This document shows, piece by piece, positions 10,339 through 20,364 of a stretch of 64,000 bases of DNA. The notes under the pieces were generated by a model. It was not told the DNA's origin, searched no databases, and was given only the letters and a program-made list of their open reading frames with translations. This DNA is from a virus. Its lineage: Duplodnaviria; Caudoviricetes. The stretch lies in IMG/VR virus record IMGVR_UViG_3300032030_002018, one strand, 5' to 3'. The position numbers were made by a program, and so were the translations under genes. The first letter of the stretch is position 1, and every line of letters starts with the position of its first letter.

Positions 10339-10535
10339 TAAATGTACACAATTTATTTGATATATATGATATGAAATATGTTAAAAAATATTAAAAAACC
10401 GTCCAAGAACCAATTATCACTGAACATATAGTTATTGCAACACAAATTGCTGCCATAATATTGTTATTTATACATTCCATCTGGTGCTTCAATTGCAAGA
10501 CCTTTTTCAATAAGGTAGTGATAATCAAAATGATG
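10339..10535. repeat. About 200-bp direct repeat copy 2
   Basis: Matches 4200-4396. Confidence 0.85.
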
Positions 10536-10844
10536 TGCATTAAGCCAATTTATAAAATTTGCTGCTCCATCAGGACTACCACTAAATGCTACCAGATGCT
10601 TATACTCTTTTACTTCTTCCTCTGTCAATGAACTCATTGGTCGAAGATATGGTTTAATTTCATCAAACTTAAATGGTGTCAAAACACTTTGAAGTTCAAC
10701 CCAATCTTTTTTCAAATTAATTACTTTAAGTGTACCAATAACGCCTCCTTCAAATGTTTTATCTATATCTGCAAGAATCTGTACATTATATTTTAGTCTT
10801 GCACAGAGGTCTTTAAGTAATAGTTCTTTTTCTTCCTGTGTCAT
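10464..10844 (-). CDS. Paralog family F1
   Basis: F1 boxes. Confidence 0.8.
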   Translation of the reverse strand: MTQEEKELLLKDLCARLKYNVQILADIDKTFEGGVIGTLKVINLKKDWVELQSVLTPFKFDEIKPYLRPMSSLTEEEVKEYKHLVAFSGSPDGAANFINWLNAHHFDYHYLIEKGLAIEAPDGMYK

Positions 10845-11056
10845 AGTTCTTTTATATTATAAGATATTACAGAATAGTTTTGTAACGCTCTATCATACTT
10901 ATATTTTCTAACTTGATAATTTTTAGACTTATCAATTGTATTCCACCAATATCGTTTACCATTTTCGTCTATAATAGAACTTACGCCATCGGTATTTAGT
11001 ATGTCTTTAACCAATGACTCACCACTTAATGTTTTAGTAAATAACAATTCTATCAT
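10841..11056 (-). CDS. Hypothetical protein
   Basis: ATGA-coupled ORF. Confidence 0.6.
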   Translation of the reverse strand: MIELLFTKTLSGESLVKDILNTDGVSSIIDENGKRYWWNTIDKSKNYQVRKYKYDRALQNYSVISYNIKEL

Positions 11057-11071
11057 AATTTTTTTACGTTT

Positions 11072-11284
11072 TTATTTCCAGGAATTTTTACACATCAGAT
11101 ATAATTCATATAGATATTCATCTGTATATGTAACATCTTTACTTATGTTATTCCATTTCCAATCGTCAACAAAACCACCGATGTAAGAACCAAGTTCTTT
11201 TGGTATATTATTCATAACAGTATAATTCGGTTTGATTCCGGTTAATAATGAAATTATATCTTCTCTGTCTAAATACGCCTTCAT
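11072..11284 (-). CDS. Hypothetical protein
   Basis: ORF in array. Confidence 0.6.
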   Translation of the reverse strand: MKAYLDREDIISLLTGIKPNYTVMNNIPKELGSYIGGFVDDWKWNNISKDVTYTDEYLYELYLMCKNSWK

Positions 11285-11287
11285 AGT

Positions 11288-11677
11288 TTATTTCTCCATT
11301 TTATCTCTTAAGTCTATTAGCCATTTTTCGCAAGTTACAGAATTTTGCATATCGTTTTCATTTTTGCACCTATTAGACATTTGAAATTCTTTGATAAAGA
11401 AAAGCGTTTCATCAATCATAAGACTATCCACTTCACTCCACGTTGGTTTACGTTGCTTTTCAAGCCAATCAACCCAGGATTTACGATATACCCCAGTCTT
11501 AATATAGTTAAGAATTTCTTGTCTTGTTTTTTCATCAACACTCTCTTTGAGCGATGGAAACATTGATATCAACTCTTCCTTTATGAGTATATTTTCTCCT
11601 TTTGAAACTCTATCAAGCATATCTTTTGCTTTTTCAATGGCATTATCAAATGCTTTTGATTTTTCTTCTTGTGTCAT
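11288..11677 (-). CDS. Paralog family F4, short form lacking the repeat modules
   Basis: FPSLKES.DE...WLEKQ..PTWSE.D...C..WL. Confidence 0.75.
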   Translation of the reverse strand: MTQEEKSKAFDNAIEKAKDMLDRVSKGENILIKEELISMFPSLKESVDEKTRQEILNYIKTGVYRKSWVDWLEKQRKPTWSEVDSLMIDETLFFIKEFQMSNRCKNENDMQNSVTCEKWLIDLRDKMEK

Positions 11678-11688
11678 AGTTTATTTTT

Positions 11689-11961
11689 TTATTGAATACA
11701 ATAATAGTCATTTCCTCCAAGTTTCTCATATAAAGATTCCCAAAACTTTCTTCCTTGTGGTGCGTACGACCACTTGAATAAGTAAATAACATCGTATGAA
11801 AAATCCACTGAATTATAAACATAATCGCAATATTTTCTATAAGAATCCCGTGTTAAAGAATTCATATAAGCCCTAATCGCCAGAATAACATCACCATAAA
11901 TGTTATGTTGCTTTAATTCACGAAGAGACTCACAAATACATTTATTAAACAGTTGTTTCAT
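11689..11961 (-). CDS. Hypothetical protein (PxGRxFW motif, related to 60069..60317)
   Basis: APQGRKFW vs TPEGRDFW. Confidence 0.6.
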   Translation of the reverse strand: MKQLFNKCICESLRELKQHNIYGDVILAIRAYMNSLTRDSYRKYCDYVYNSVDFSYDVIYLFKWSYAPQGRKFWESLYEKLGGNDYYCIQ

Positions 11962-11995
11962 TTTCTTTATGTTCTTTTTCTTCCTGTGTCATAAA

Positions 11996-12208
11996 TCAAT
12001 TCTTTTTTCTAATATTTCTACAATGCGATATGATAGCATCTTGAATAAAAGTACCGGTATCATTAATGACGTACTTAAAACCACTCACTACATCACTTCT
12101 ATATGGTGTACCGTCAATGACAGTGAACCAATAGCCACTCCATCCGCAGATAAATTCCAAATTGATGTTGGCTTGTTTTCTAATCCTGCGTAGTAATTTT
12201 GTTTTCAT
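11996..12208 (-). CDS. Hypothetical protein, near-duplicate of 19219..19431
   Basis: MKTKLLRRIRKQAN... Confidence 0.75.
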   Translation of the reverse strand: MKTKLLRRIRKQANINLEFICGWSGYWFTVIDGTPYRSDVVSGFKYVINDTGTFIQDAIISHCRNIRKKN

Positions 12209-12210
12209 AA

Positions 12211-12432
12211 TTATTCTACTGTTACATAAATCTTATTATTAGCGGTATCTAGCACCCAAGGGCTAATATACTTAATAGTCTCTTCTCTTGTTAATGCAGA
12301 TTTATCAATTTTCCACTTCTTTATCAGTGGACTGAACATACCAACATCAAAGTATATATCATACACTTCTGGGTCCGTACCTTCTTCATATGACCCTCTT
12401 GCAAATCTTCTTACAATTTTAATATTAGTCAC
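12211..12432 (-). CDS. Near-duplicate of 3101..3328
   Basis: Sequence similarity. Confidence 0.75.
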   Translation of the reverse strand: MTNIKIVRRFARGSYEEGTDPEVYDIYFDVGMFSPLIKKWKIDKSALTREETIKYISPWVLDTANNKIYVTVE

Positions 12433-12476
12433 AATTACAATAAATTTAATTCGTGTAGTTTAATAATCATTTCGCT

Positions 12477-12677
12477 TCAATAAAGTTTGCTAATATTTTC
12501 CCAACCTTCAACATCGAAGCCTTTACCACAAGCAGCACACGTAACACAGGGAGAATTACCGCCATCTATATCTTTATGCCACCATATATCGCCTTTTTCA
12601 AGTTCCAACTTACTTCCGCAGTGAGGACAAATGCCAACAACTGATAATTCTTTTCTTTCTAATATTTTCATAATCAA
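12477..12677 (-). CDS. Zn-ribbon protein
   Basis: CPHC...CAAC. Confidence 0.7.
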   Translation of the reverse strand: MIMKILERKELSVVGICPHCGSKLELEKGDIWWHKDIDGGNSPCVTCAACGKGFDVEGWENISKLY

Positions 12678-12700
12678 ATCAAGTTTGGTATTGGAACACT

Positions 12701-12967
12701 TTAAAGAATCATTAATGGTCTTATATCTTCTTTTTTTGAATTAATTTGTTCATATATAGCTTTTGCAACATCATAATCAATAGCCTGTTCATATTTAGCT
12801 TTTGCAACATCATAATCAATTTTTGAACAATATCCGCATAAATAACATATACCGGCTGCATCTTTACTATATGTAAATGGTGGTAAATTATCATAATACC
12901 CACTCATAAGACGCTCATTAATTATATCTAAAGGATGTTTCATATTAAATAAGATTTTCCAATACAT
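12701..12967 (-). CDS. Hypothetical protein with 13-aa internal duplication
   Basis: IDYDVAKAKYEQA-IDYDVAKAIYEQ. Confidence 0.6.
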   Translation of the reverse strand: MYWKILFNMKHPLDIINERLMSGYYDNLPPFTYSKDAAGICYLCGYCSKIDYDVAKAKYEQAIDYDVAKAIYEQINSKKEDIRPLMIL

Positions 12968-13376
12968 ATTTCAATGCTACTTCAACAGCTTCTGAATAAG
13001 AATCAAAGTGTTGTAATGCTGGGATAACGCCCTTGTCGTCCTTATAATATATTCCTCTTTTAATTTGGCGTACTTTTGATGAACCATCTTCAAGTGGTTT
13101 ATATCTACTAATATAAGGGATATAGACTTTGACTCCTAACATACCAACCGCAGCATCAATATCAATATCAATATTATGCATTTCTCTGAACCACTTCCTT
13201 GCCATTTGATGAGTTGGAGCAGCGTATTCAAATAATCCACTATTGCTACATCTCCTTGTGCAATCCAAATGAAATTCCTTAGAACGAACTGAATATCTCC
13301 CACAACATTCCCAATCAAATCCTTTTTCTTTGAGTAACTTGGCTACTTCAAATGAGCAATAATCTTCTGTAATCAT
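12945..13376 (-). CDS. Paralog family F5 (ITEDYCSxE..KLLKEKGF...THQMA.KW.RE...SYxEAVExALKYxLENLI)
   Basis: Three copies in window. Confidence 0.8.
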   Translation of the reverse strand: MITEDYCSFEVAKLLKEKGFDWECCGRYSVRSKEFHLDCTRRCSNSGLFEYAAPTHQMARKWFREMHNIDIDIDAAVGMLGVKVYIPYISRYKPLEDGSSKVRQIKRGIYYKDDKGVIPALQHFDSYSEAVEVALKYVLENLI

Positions 13377-13396
13377 AATTCACTCTCCTTTCATAG

Positions 13397-13762
13397 CTAA
13401 ATCAAGTTTTCTAAACAATACTTTAATGCGACTTCAACTGCTTCTTCATAGGAGTCATAAAAATCCACTGGATAATTCCATCCTGAATTTTCAGAGTAGG
13501 TATTAATATTAAAATAGATGTTTCCACTTAAAGAAATAACAGTATCAATACTCATATAAACACCTTTCTCTTCTCTCAACCACTTCATTGCCATTTGGTG
13601 AGTTATTCTAAAATACCCGTTTTTATCATAAACACCCCAATGAATATTTCCAATTTCATCATACATACAAAATAGCCAATTCTTGCTATCAAGTGATATG
13701 TTAAATCCTTTCTCTTTGAGTAACTTGGATATCTCAAGGGATACATAATCTTCTGTCATCAT
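13397..13762 (-). CDS. Paralog family F5
   Basis: F5 boxes. Confidence 0.8.
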   Translation of the reverse strand: MMTEDYVSLEISKLLKEKGFNISLDSKNWLFCMYDEIGNIHWGVYDKNGYFRITHQMAMKWLREEKGVYMSIDTVISLSGNIYFNINTYSENSGWNYPVDFYDSYEEAVEVALKYCLENLI

Positions 13763-13765
13763 ATT

Positions 13766-13948
13766 CTAATCTATTTCTATTTTATTACCACATTTAGGAC
13801 AAGTAATAGTCTTTGCAAGATATGTTTCACCTGCATACGTTCCTACCCCATACCCTCTTTCTTCTGTGGAAATATCGGAATCTGAATATTCTATATAAGA
13901 ATTACATCTATCGCATTTTGTAATATTACCTTCATATATCTTTGCCAT
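13766..13948 (-). CDS. Zn-ribbon protein
   Basis: CDRC...CPKC. Confidence 0.7.
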   Translation of the reverse strand: MAKIYEGNITKCDRCNSYIEYSDSDISTEERGYGVGTYAGETYLAKTITCPKCGNKIEID

Positions 13949-13951
13949 AAT

Positions 13952-14410
13952 TCATTCAATTTTACTGTTATACATTTCTTCAGGTGCTTCAATTGCAATA
14001 CCTCTTTCAATCAGACCACGGTAGTCAAAATGATGAGCGTTAAGCCAATTTACAAGTAACCAAGAACTATCAAATGATATTAGTATTTCATCAAGTCTGA
14101 GTTTGATAAAATCAAACCAATCAACATCATTTTCAACGAGCCAATCGTAAATTTCTCTTTTTTCATCTTCTGTCATTGAAGAAATTGGTCGGAGATATGG
14201 TCTGACGGAATCAATGTCACAAGAATATGCTTGATAATAATATGAATCAGATATTGGAATAAGAGTTAGGCAGTAAATATGGCTTGGTTTTAGTTCATAA
14301 ATTTTACATACTTTAGTGCGTTGCCTTATATCTTTTACATAAATTCCAAATGGCAACCTTGCACATAGGTCTTTCAATAATAAACCTTTATCTTCTTGTG
14401 TCATATCCAA
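13952..14410 (-). CDS. Paralog family F1
   Basis: F1 boxes. Confidence 0.8.
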   Translation of the reverse strand: MDMTQEDKGLLLKDLCARLPFGIYVKDIRQRTKVCKIYELKPSHIYCLTLIPISDSYYYQAYSCDIDSVRPYLRPISSMTEDEKREIYDWLVENDVDWFDFIKLRLDEILISFDSSWLLVNWLNAHHFDYRGLIERGIAIEAPEEMYNSKIE

Positions 14411-14569
14411 AATATTTTTCCTGTTGGTTTGGGGAGTTTAATCTCTTTAACTTTATTACTTGGTATCGTAAGGTTATAATGAGGGATATCATATGTTTTC
14501 GGCCATTCAATACCGTATAAATGCTCTAATATATGTCCATCCTTAATCATATAAAGGTCCCCTAAAAAC

Positions 14570-15001
14570 TCAACCATTTTCTAATTTTTTTAATTCTTCT
14601 TCTTTCTTTGATAACGCGTCTTTAAGATTTATAATATCTGCTTCAATATTCTTCCTTCTAATTTCATCTAATTTACCATCATAAAGCATCTTATTCCTTT
14701 CAACGGTTTCTTTAAAGTTAAGAAGATTAATGTATCTACCAAATGTTATTCCGCAGTCTGTATAATCATCTATATGTATTTTGATAGATGTATAAGAACC
14801 ATTTATATTGGGGACCTCAAAGTCAATATAATCTTTCCAATCATCAGGATGTTCTTTAATACAGTCAAAAATTTCCTCATTACCTCCTGCTAACGGATTA
14901 AGGAAGTAATATATCCAATCTGGATTTGAATTAATATAAATTTCAATATCTCTTTTTAATTCATTAATTCTTAATACTAAATCTTTTTCTTCCTGTATCA
15001 T
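14570..15001 (-). CDS. Hypothetical protein with coiled-coil C-terminus
   Basis: MIQEEK start box. Confidence 0.7.
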   Translation of the reverse strand: MIQEEKDLVLRINELKRDIEIYINSNPDWIYYFLNPLAGGNEEIFDCIKEHPDDWKDYIDFEVPNINGSYTSIKIHIDDYTDCGITFGRYINLLNFKETVERNKMLYDGKLDEIRRKNIEADIINLKDALSKKEEELKKLENG

Positions 15002-15002
15002 A

Positions 15003-15227
15003 TTATTCTCCTTTCATATAATTTTCAAAATCCTCGTATTTGTATCTTACCTCGTGATAATACGGTCTTATTACGTCTTTTATCCATTCTAATGCCTTTT
15101 CAATAAAGGCATCAGTGCGGATATATTCAACAGAATCTTCATTCAAAGGCTTATCAGCCCACTCTTCATCCCATTCATAACCCGCTCTATCGCTTGGGTA
15201 TAAATAAATCTTCTCTGGTGCTTCCAT
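15003..15227 (-). CDS. Paralog family F2
   Basis: MEAPEKIYL...EYIRTDAFIEKA...KGE. Confidence 0.75.
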   Translation of the reverse strand: MEAPEKIYLYPSDRAGYEWDEEWADKPLNEDSVEYIRTDAFIEKALEWIKDVIRPYYHEVRYKYEDFENYMKGE

Positions 15228-15627
15228 AAGTTTTTCATATTTTAATTATATTGAACATTGTTGCCATAGCTTTTATTTATATGGATTGTTCCTATACTGT
15301 CGTCAAAACGATAACCACTCATTCTATTGCCAAGTTTTCGTAGCAAATCTCCAATTTTATAAATTAACCACGCTATACTTATCCATAACAAAAAGAATGG
15401 AAACAGTAAATATCTTTTCATACGCTATGATTATTTGTTTTCTAAGTTGATAACCGCTTGTGATACCCTATAAGTAAGAGTCTTCTTCCACACTCTAATA
15501 TACTCTTCCTTTTTAATTGTTTTTTTAAATTTTGCCATAATTTATCTATTTAAATTTCACAATCATTTTACGTTACAAATGTACATAATTTATTTGATAT
15601 ATATGATATGAAATATGTTAAATATAG

Positions 15628-15876
15628 TTAAAGTACTGTCCATTCGTAATTTTCTTCGTTCCAATTTATGTTTTCTTTTATTGGTAATGTTTGATATGTT
15701 TCTGACAATAGTTTACATATATCGTTATTTAGTCTTGTTTTCCATTTATTCCTATAGTGTTGTCTGATTTTCACTCTTTTTCTTTTTGATATGAATGGTA
15801 TGTAATATGGTAAGAATTTAGAGCATAAATCTTCGTATTTTGAGCGTCTATATACTTTTACTTTATTCAGATACAT
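15628..15876 (-). CDS. Basic hypothetical protein
   Basis: ORF. Confidence 0.55.
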   Translation of the reverse strand: MYLNKVKVYRRSKYEDLCSKFLPYYIPFISKRKRVKIRQHYRNKWKTRLNNDICKLLSETYQTLPIKENINWNEENYEWTVL

Positions 15877-16128
15877 TTATATTCTATCAAATTTTCTTAT
15901 AAACCAATATAAATCTTCTATTTTTTCATTCAGTTCTTCTATATCATTTTCGTTAATAATATCTAAATCTGATAATTGTGCGCAACATTCCTCGTTAATA
16001 TCAACAATATGCGTAGGTGATGTTATGTCGTTGCTATTTTTCCAGAAAGATGTCTGACTATTTATAACATCGCATATTATTTGCTGTATTTTATTTGCTT
16101 TCATAATCAAATCAAATTTTCTAAACAA
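15877..16128 (-). CDS. Hypothetical protein
   Basis: ORF. Confidence 0.55.
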   Translation of the reverse strand: MFRKFDLIMKANKIQQIICDVINSQTSFWKNSNDITSPTHIVDINEECCAQLSDLDIINENDIEELNEKIEDLYWFIRKFDRI

Positions 16129-16469
16129 TACTTTAATGCTGCTTCAACAGATTCTTCATATGAATCATATTCAGTCATTTCTTCTATATAAATAACGTTG
16201 CCACTATATGAAGAAAGTATCTCAAAAAACCAAAAGATACGTCTATCAACTTCATTCCCATCGGTATCAATTGATATGTCATAAGAAATATTACTAACAA
16301 TATGAAATCCTTTTTCTTCTCTTAACCACTTCATTACTCTTTGATGAGTAACAGTTTTATATAAACCTGTTTTTTCATCATCAGCAAGATGATAATACTC
16401 AAAAAGTTCTTTTGCTTTTTCTTGTAAGGCTTGGGCTAAACCTGGTGAACAATAGTCTTCAGTAATCAT
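16107..16469 (-). CDS. Paralog family F5
   Basis: Start at MITEDYC. Confidence 0.75.
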   Translation of the reverse strand: MITEDYCSPGLAQALQEKAKELFEYYHLADDEKTGLYKTVTHQRVMKWLREEKGFHIVSNISYDISIDTDGNEVDRRIFWFFEILSSYSGNVIYIEEMTEYDSYEESVEAALKYCLENLI

Positions 16470-16506
16470 AATCAAATTTTCTAAACAATATTTTCTTGTG
16501 TCATAA

Positions 16507-16827
16507 CTATTCAAAATTAATTAAATCCTTTTCATATGCCCATCTAAATTCTCTATGAGCATTAAATCCCAGATGCGCAGACCATTGTTCAGGAGTATAT
16601 GTGTGCGCCTCCCCTTCTATATGCCCATAAGCAGAACTAACAATGAAATCAGTAATGCCATTTGAATTATATTTAGGAACGACATTTTCACTATTCCAAA
16701 CAGCATTAGGGTTTAACTTCCTTTTAGCGGCAGCGATAATAACCCAATCAGATGCGGACATATAAGGAAAATCTATTGCCCGACTCTCAATACTTTCAAG
16801 ACCTTGTATTATTTCTTCCTGTGTCAT
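16507..16827 (-). CDS. Hypothetical protein with MTQEE start box
   Basis: ORF. Confidence 0.7.
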   Translation of the reverse strand: MTQEEIIQGLESIESRAIDFPYMSASDWVIIAAAKRKLNPNAVWNSENVVPKYNSNGITDFIVSSAYGHIEGEAHTYTPEQWSAHLGFNAHREFRWAYEKDLINFE

Positions 16828-17072
16828 ATCATTTCGGGTCTTGGATATTCCTCAAAATCACAATTACCTTGAACTCCTATAAAATTATCAGGTACTTCCT
16901 CTGTAATAATATGATTCTTAATATAATACATTGAATTTTTCGCAATAGATTTTATTTCATCTAATGCTGCCCAATCTTCCATAATTTCTCCGTTAAGTGT
17001 TTTTCTATCATCTGCAATCTGAGCAATATGATTAAACCACTGCAAAATAAGTTCTTTATCTTCTTGTGTCAT
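16824..17072 (-). CDS. Hypothetical protein with MTQED start box
   Basis: ORF. Confidence 0.7.
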   Translation of the reverse strand: MTQEDKELILQWFNHIAQIADDRKTLNGEIMEDWAALDEIKSIAKNSMYYIKNHIITEEVPDNFIGVQGNCDFEEYPRPEMI

Positions 17073-17086
17073 AACTTTATTAAATA

Positions 17087-17278
17087 TTAGTTGATTTTAT
17101 TATATAATTTTATTAATGTTTTTTCTCCTAATATAATATCATCACCACATAATCTAATTGGTTTTAGTTTATATATTGGTTCATTTGAATCATAAGATAT
17201 TTCATATATCTCTATAGGTATTGTATCTCGTGTATGTTTTTTAGTGAACACGTCGCCAAGTTTAAATTTGCTTTCCAT
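17087..17278 (-). CDS. Small hypothetical protein (KFKLGD start, SH3-like)
   Basis: ORF. Confidence 0.55.
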   Translation of the reverse strand: MESKFKLGDVFTKKHTRDTIPIEIYEISYDSNEPIYKLKPIRLCGDDIILGEKTLIKLYNKIN

Positions 17279-17481
17279 TATTTCTTATTTCATTATTTTA
17301 GAATCTTATTTTTTTCTTTCTTTGTTATATAATTTTTTCGAATAATGTATACAACCACATTTGCATACAGTATCACTTTCATCATAATAATTTATACAAC
17401 CACTACACGCATAGATACGATTTAATTCACATTCTTTATCAATTTTACCAGTATCAATATTAATTGTCATATCTTTTCAGT

Positions 17482-17823
17482 TTAAATTATAATATCATAA
17501 TATTTTTCGATTTGTTTTAATGATAATACACTACCGTTTGAACACTCAAACTCATCCTCGTGGCAATCGTCAGAAATAATACTTAGAATTAAATCTGGAT
17601 TTGTCTTTGAACGAATTTTAGTTCCAATAGTAATCTTGTGGTTGTTATTTTCATTTTCTAATTCCAAGTCTACCTCTTTCACTTCAAGGGTGTTGAGGAA
17701 AGAAAGAAATTGTTCAAACCAAAATAATTTACATCTACCTTCATAAGTGTCAGTTGGACACTCTTCCTTTTTTATTCTCTCTATCTCAGCTACTACAGCA
17801 GATTTATCTATAAAGTGTTTCAT
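17482..17823 (-). CDS. Paralog family F3
   Basis: MKHFIDKSAVVAEIE...TLEVKEVDLE. Confidence 0.75.
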   Translation of the reverse strand: MKHFIDKSAVVAEIERIKKEECPTDTYEGRCKLFWFEQFLSFLNTLEVKEVDLELENENNNHKITIGTKIRSKTNPDLILSIISDDCHEDEFECSNGSVLSLKQIEKYYDIII

Positions 17824-17826
17824 TTC

Positions 17827-19215
17827 TCATATTAATCTTTGTTTCAATGATTTAATCCAATTGATACAAGCATCAAGTTCTACGGTGCTCGCATAGTGTT
17901 TCTTGGCTGTCTCTATAAAATACACATCATCGTTCATTCTATGTTCATCCTCATCGCTCCAAGTAGGCTTTTGTTCAATCTTTTTCAGTTCCTTTTTATC
18001 AGCATCCCACTCATAGCCTGCTTCTTTCATTTTTTCAAAAAATCTCTCATAATGAGTTTTTTGCAAAGGATACACCAGTTCTACATTGCCTATTGGCATA
18101 TAACCATCTTGTGCAAAATCACGGCATAAATAACAATGAAAGAAGATTGTTTTATCTTTATACTCACGAAAAATTGCTTGGATTCCTTTTACTTCTGTAC
18201 TAACATAAATTAAATCACCATCTTTTGCGTCAGAAATATCCCAATTTCTGAAATAGGTATCAACGCAATAAGTTAGCATAAAAGGAACATTGCTGTTGCA
18301 CGGCGTTAAAAAACCATCTTTTTCACATAGGTACACATCTCCCTCGCAAAAGGCTCTGTTACCATAGTCATCAAGAAGATTTCTTACACACACATACCAT
18401 TTCCCGCTTTCTATCTTTAACTTTGGTTCAACCATATCAGCGGGCTCTTGCTTAATTTCACTTAACTCTTTCTTCTTAGCATCCCACTCGTATCCTGCCT
18501 CTTTCATTTTTTGTAATAACAAGTTACGCTGTTCTTTGGTTGCAGGATAAACATCTTGGTCACATAATTGTTCTTTAAGTTTGGGAAAATAAACTCCACT
18601 ATTTTCAGTGCAAGAAGCGCGAAATGCTATTGTTCCTCCTTCATCTAAATACTTAAATATAAATATAATATTACTATTAGTTACAAGCACATCACCCTCA
18701 TTGGCATCTCGGATAGTCCAAAGATGAATTTTATCATCAGACAAAAACCTACTTGAAGTAAAATCATTCCCATCAATATCAAGTCCAACATAATATTGTT
18801 CTTGTATCTCAAGAATTTGTGCAACAGTTTTACCTCTCACAATCCAATCACCAACCTTGAACTTCTGCTCGACTTTATTAGCACTATCAACCCTTTCTTC
18901 CTTTATGGCTTCAAGTGCTGACTTTCCTTGTGGTTTCTCACCCTGTTTTTCAATCCAAGCAACACACTTCTCTATTTTCATTTTATCCTCATCGAGAGTA
19001 CAATGTTGATATTCCCAATCTAGATATTTTATACAATCTTTCCTTATCTCCTCCTCATTCTCATTTTCTTTGAGTTCGGGGAAGATATTAAACAGTTCTT
19101 TTGCTTCAGAACTATTAGGATGAATTATACATCCAAGACCAATATGTTTTTTTATAAAATGTGCTACTTTATCAATAGCCTCATCATAGGCTTTTGCTTT
19201 ATCTTCTTGTGTCAT
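17827..19215 (-). CDS. Paralog family F4 modular repeat protein (462 aa)
   Basis: Two DAxxGD...GYEWD modules. Confidence 0.8.
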   Translation of the reverse strand: MTQEDKAKAYDEAIDKVAHFIKKHIGLGCIIHPNSSEAKELFNIFPELKENENEEEIRKDCIKYLDWEYQHCTLDEDKMKIEKCVAWIEKQGEKPQGKSALEAIKEERVDSANKVEQKFKVGDWIVRGKTVAQILEIQEQYYVGLDIDGNDFTSSRFLSDDKIHLWTIRDANEGDVLVTNSNIIFIFKYLDEGGTIAFRASCTENSGVYFPKLKEQLCDQDVYPATKEQRNLLLQKMKEAGYEWDAKKKELSEIKQEPADMVEPKLKIESGKWYVCVRNLLDDYGNRAFCEGDVYLCEKDGFLTPCNSNVPFMLTYCVDTYFRNWDISDAKDGDLIYVSTEVKGIQAIFREYKDKTIFFHCYLCRDFAQDGYMPIGNVELVYPLQKTHYERFFEKMKEAGYEWDADKKELKKIEQKPTWSDEDEHRMNDDVYFIETAKKHYASTVELDACINWIKSLKQRLI

Positions 19216-19218
19216 AAA

Positions 19219-19431
19219 TCAATTCTTTTTTCTAATTTTCTTACAATGTGATATGATTGCATCTTGTATAAAAGTACCAGTGTCGTTAATGACGTACTTA
19301 AACCCACTAACAGCATCACTTCGATATGTCGTACCATCAATGACAGTTAACCAATAGCCACTCCATCCACCGATAAAGTCCAAATGACCGTTGGCTTGTT
19401 TTCTAATTCTGCGTAGTAATTTTGTTTTCAT
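19219..19431 (-). CDS. Near-duplicate of 11996..12208
   Basis: Sequence similarity. Confidence 0.75.
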   Translation of the reverse strand: MKTKLLRRIRKQANGHLDFIGGWSGYWLTVIDGTTYRSDAVSGFKYVINDTGTFIQDAIISHCKKIRKKN

Positions 19432-19435
19432 ATCT

Positions 19436-19918
19436 TTATTCTTTATAAGGATTGTTTTCTTCTGTTACTTCAATTGCAAGTCCTTTTTCAATAAGACCTC
19501 TCCAATCTAAATGGTGAGAATGGAAAAAGTCAAAATGCTTTATATTAGCAATTTTCAAAGGAACAGGAGTCTTTACATACTTCCAAGCCTCAACATCATC
19601 ATCAAATGGCCTTATTTTACTTAGTTCCATACATTCTTCCTCAGTCATAGAAGACAAAGGACGGAGATATGGAAGAGGTAAATTATCAATATCTTTTAAG
19701 TCCCATAACCCAATAATTTTGTTTTCGCCTACAGACTTAATCATTACCCCGTAAGGCAACCTAGCGCAAAGGTCTTTTAATAATAAATCTTTATCTTCTT
19801 GTGTCATATTTAGTAAATCTATTATTTCACTTGGGTTTTTACCACTTTCTTTTGCTACGCATAAAGCAAATAAAACACCATATCCATTTAATACTTTCTT
19901 ATCTCCTTCTTGTGTCAT
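19436..19918 (-). CDS. Paralog family F1 with two successive MTQE boxes
   Basis: MTQEGDK...MTQEDKDLLLKDLCARLPYG. Confidence 0.75.
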   Translation of the reverse strand: MTQEGDKKVLNGYGVLFALCVAKESGKNPSEIIDLLNMTQEDKDLLLKDLCARLPYGVMIKSVGENKIIGLWDLKDIDNLPLPYLRPLSSMTEEECMELSKIRPFDDDVEAWKYVKTPVPLKIANIKHFDFFHSHHLDWRGLIEKGLAIEVTEENNPYKE

Positions 19919-20069
19919 TTGTTATAATATTTTTTGTATATATACATTCTTACTTTTCGTGGTATGATAGAAAATAGTATTATTGGTATTCCGTATACAA
20001 TAAACCATAAAATTGGATGTTTATTACCGTTAACATACATACTCCTGCTTATTTTAATTGTACTATATT

Positions 20070-20360
20070 TTATTCTCCTTTTATATAGTTTTTGAAATCT
20101 TCAACAAAGTTGTCAATAACTTCTCCACGATGCAATCTACCTTGAAACATAAGGTTATCGTACATCAACTTCTTTAGTTTCACACAAGCTTTCTCAATTA
20201 AGGCATCAGTACGAGTATATTCAACATCCGTGTCTTTTTCTCTTGACTTATACCACTCACACAAGTATTTATTATGACAATCATTTGTTGTGTTTAAAGC
20301 TGTATTACTAGAAATATTTCTTATTAAAAATATCTTATCTGGTGCTTCATTTGTTTCCAT
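20070..20360 (-). CDS. Paralog family F2
   Basis: EAPDKIFL...EYTRTDALIEKA...KGE. Confidence 0.75.
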   Translation of the reverse strand: METNEAPDKIFLIRNISSNTALNTTNDCHNKYLCEWYKSREKDTDVEYTRTDALIEKACVKLKKLMYDNLMFQGRLHRGEVIDNFVEDFKNYIKGE

Positions 20361-20364
20361 AACT

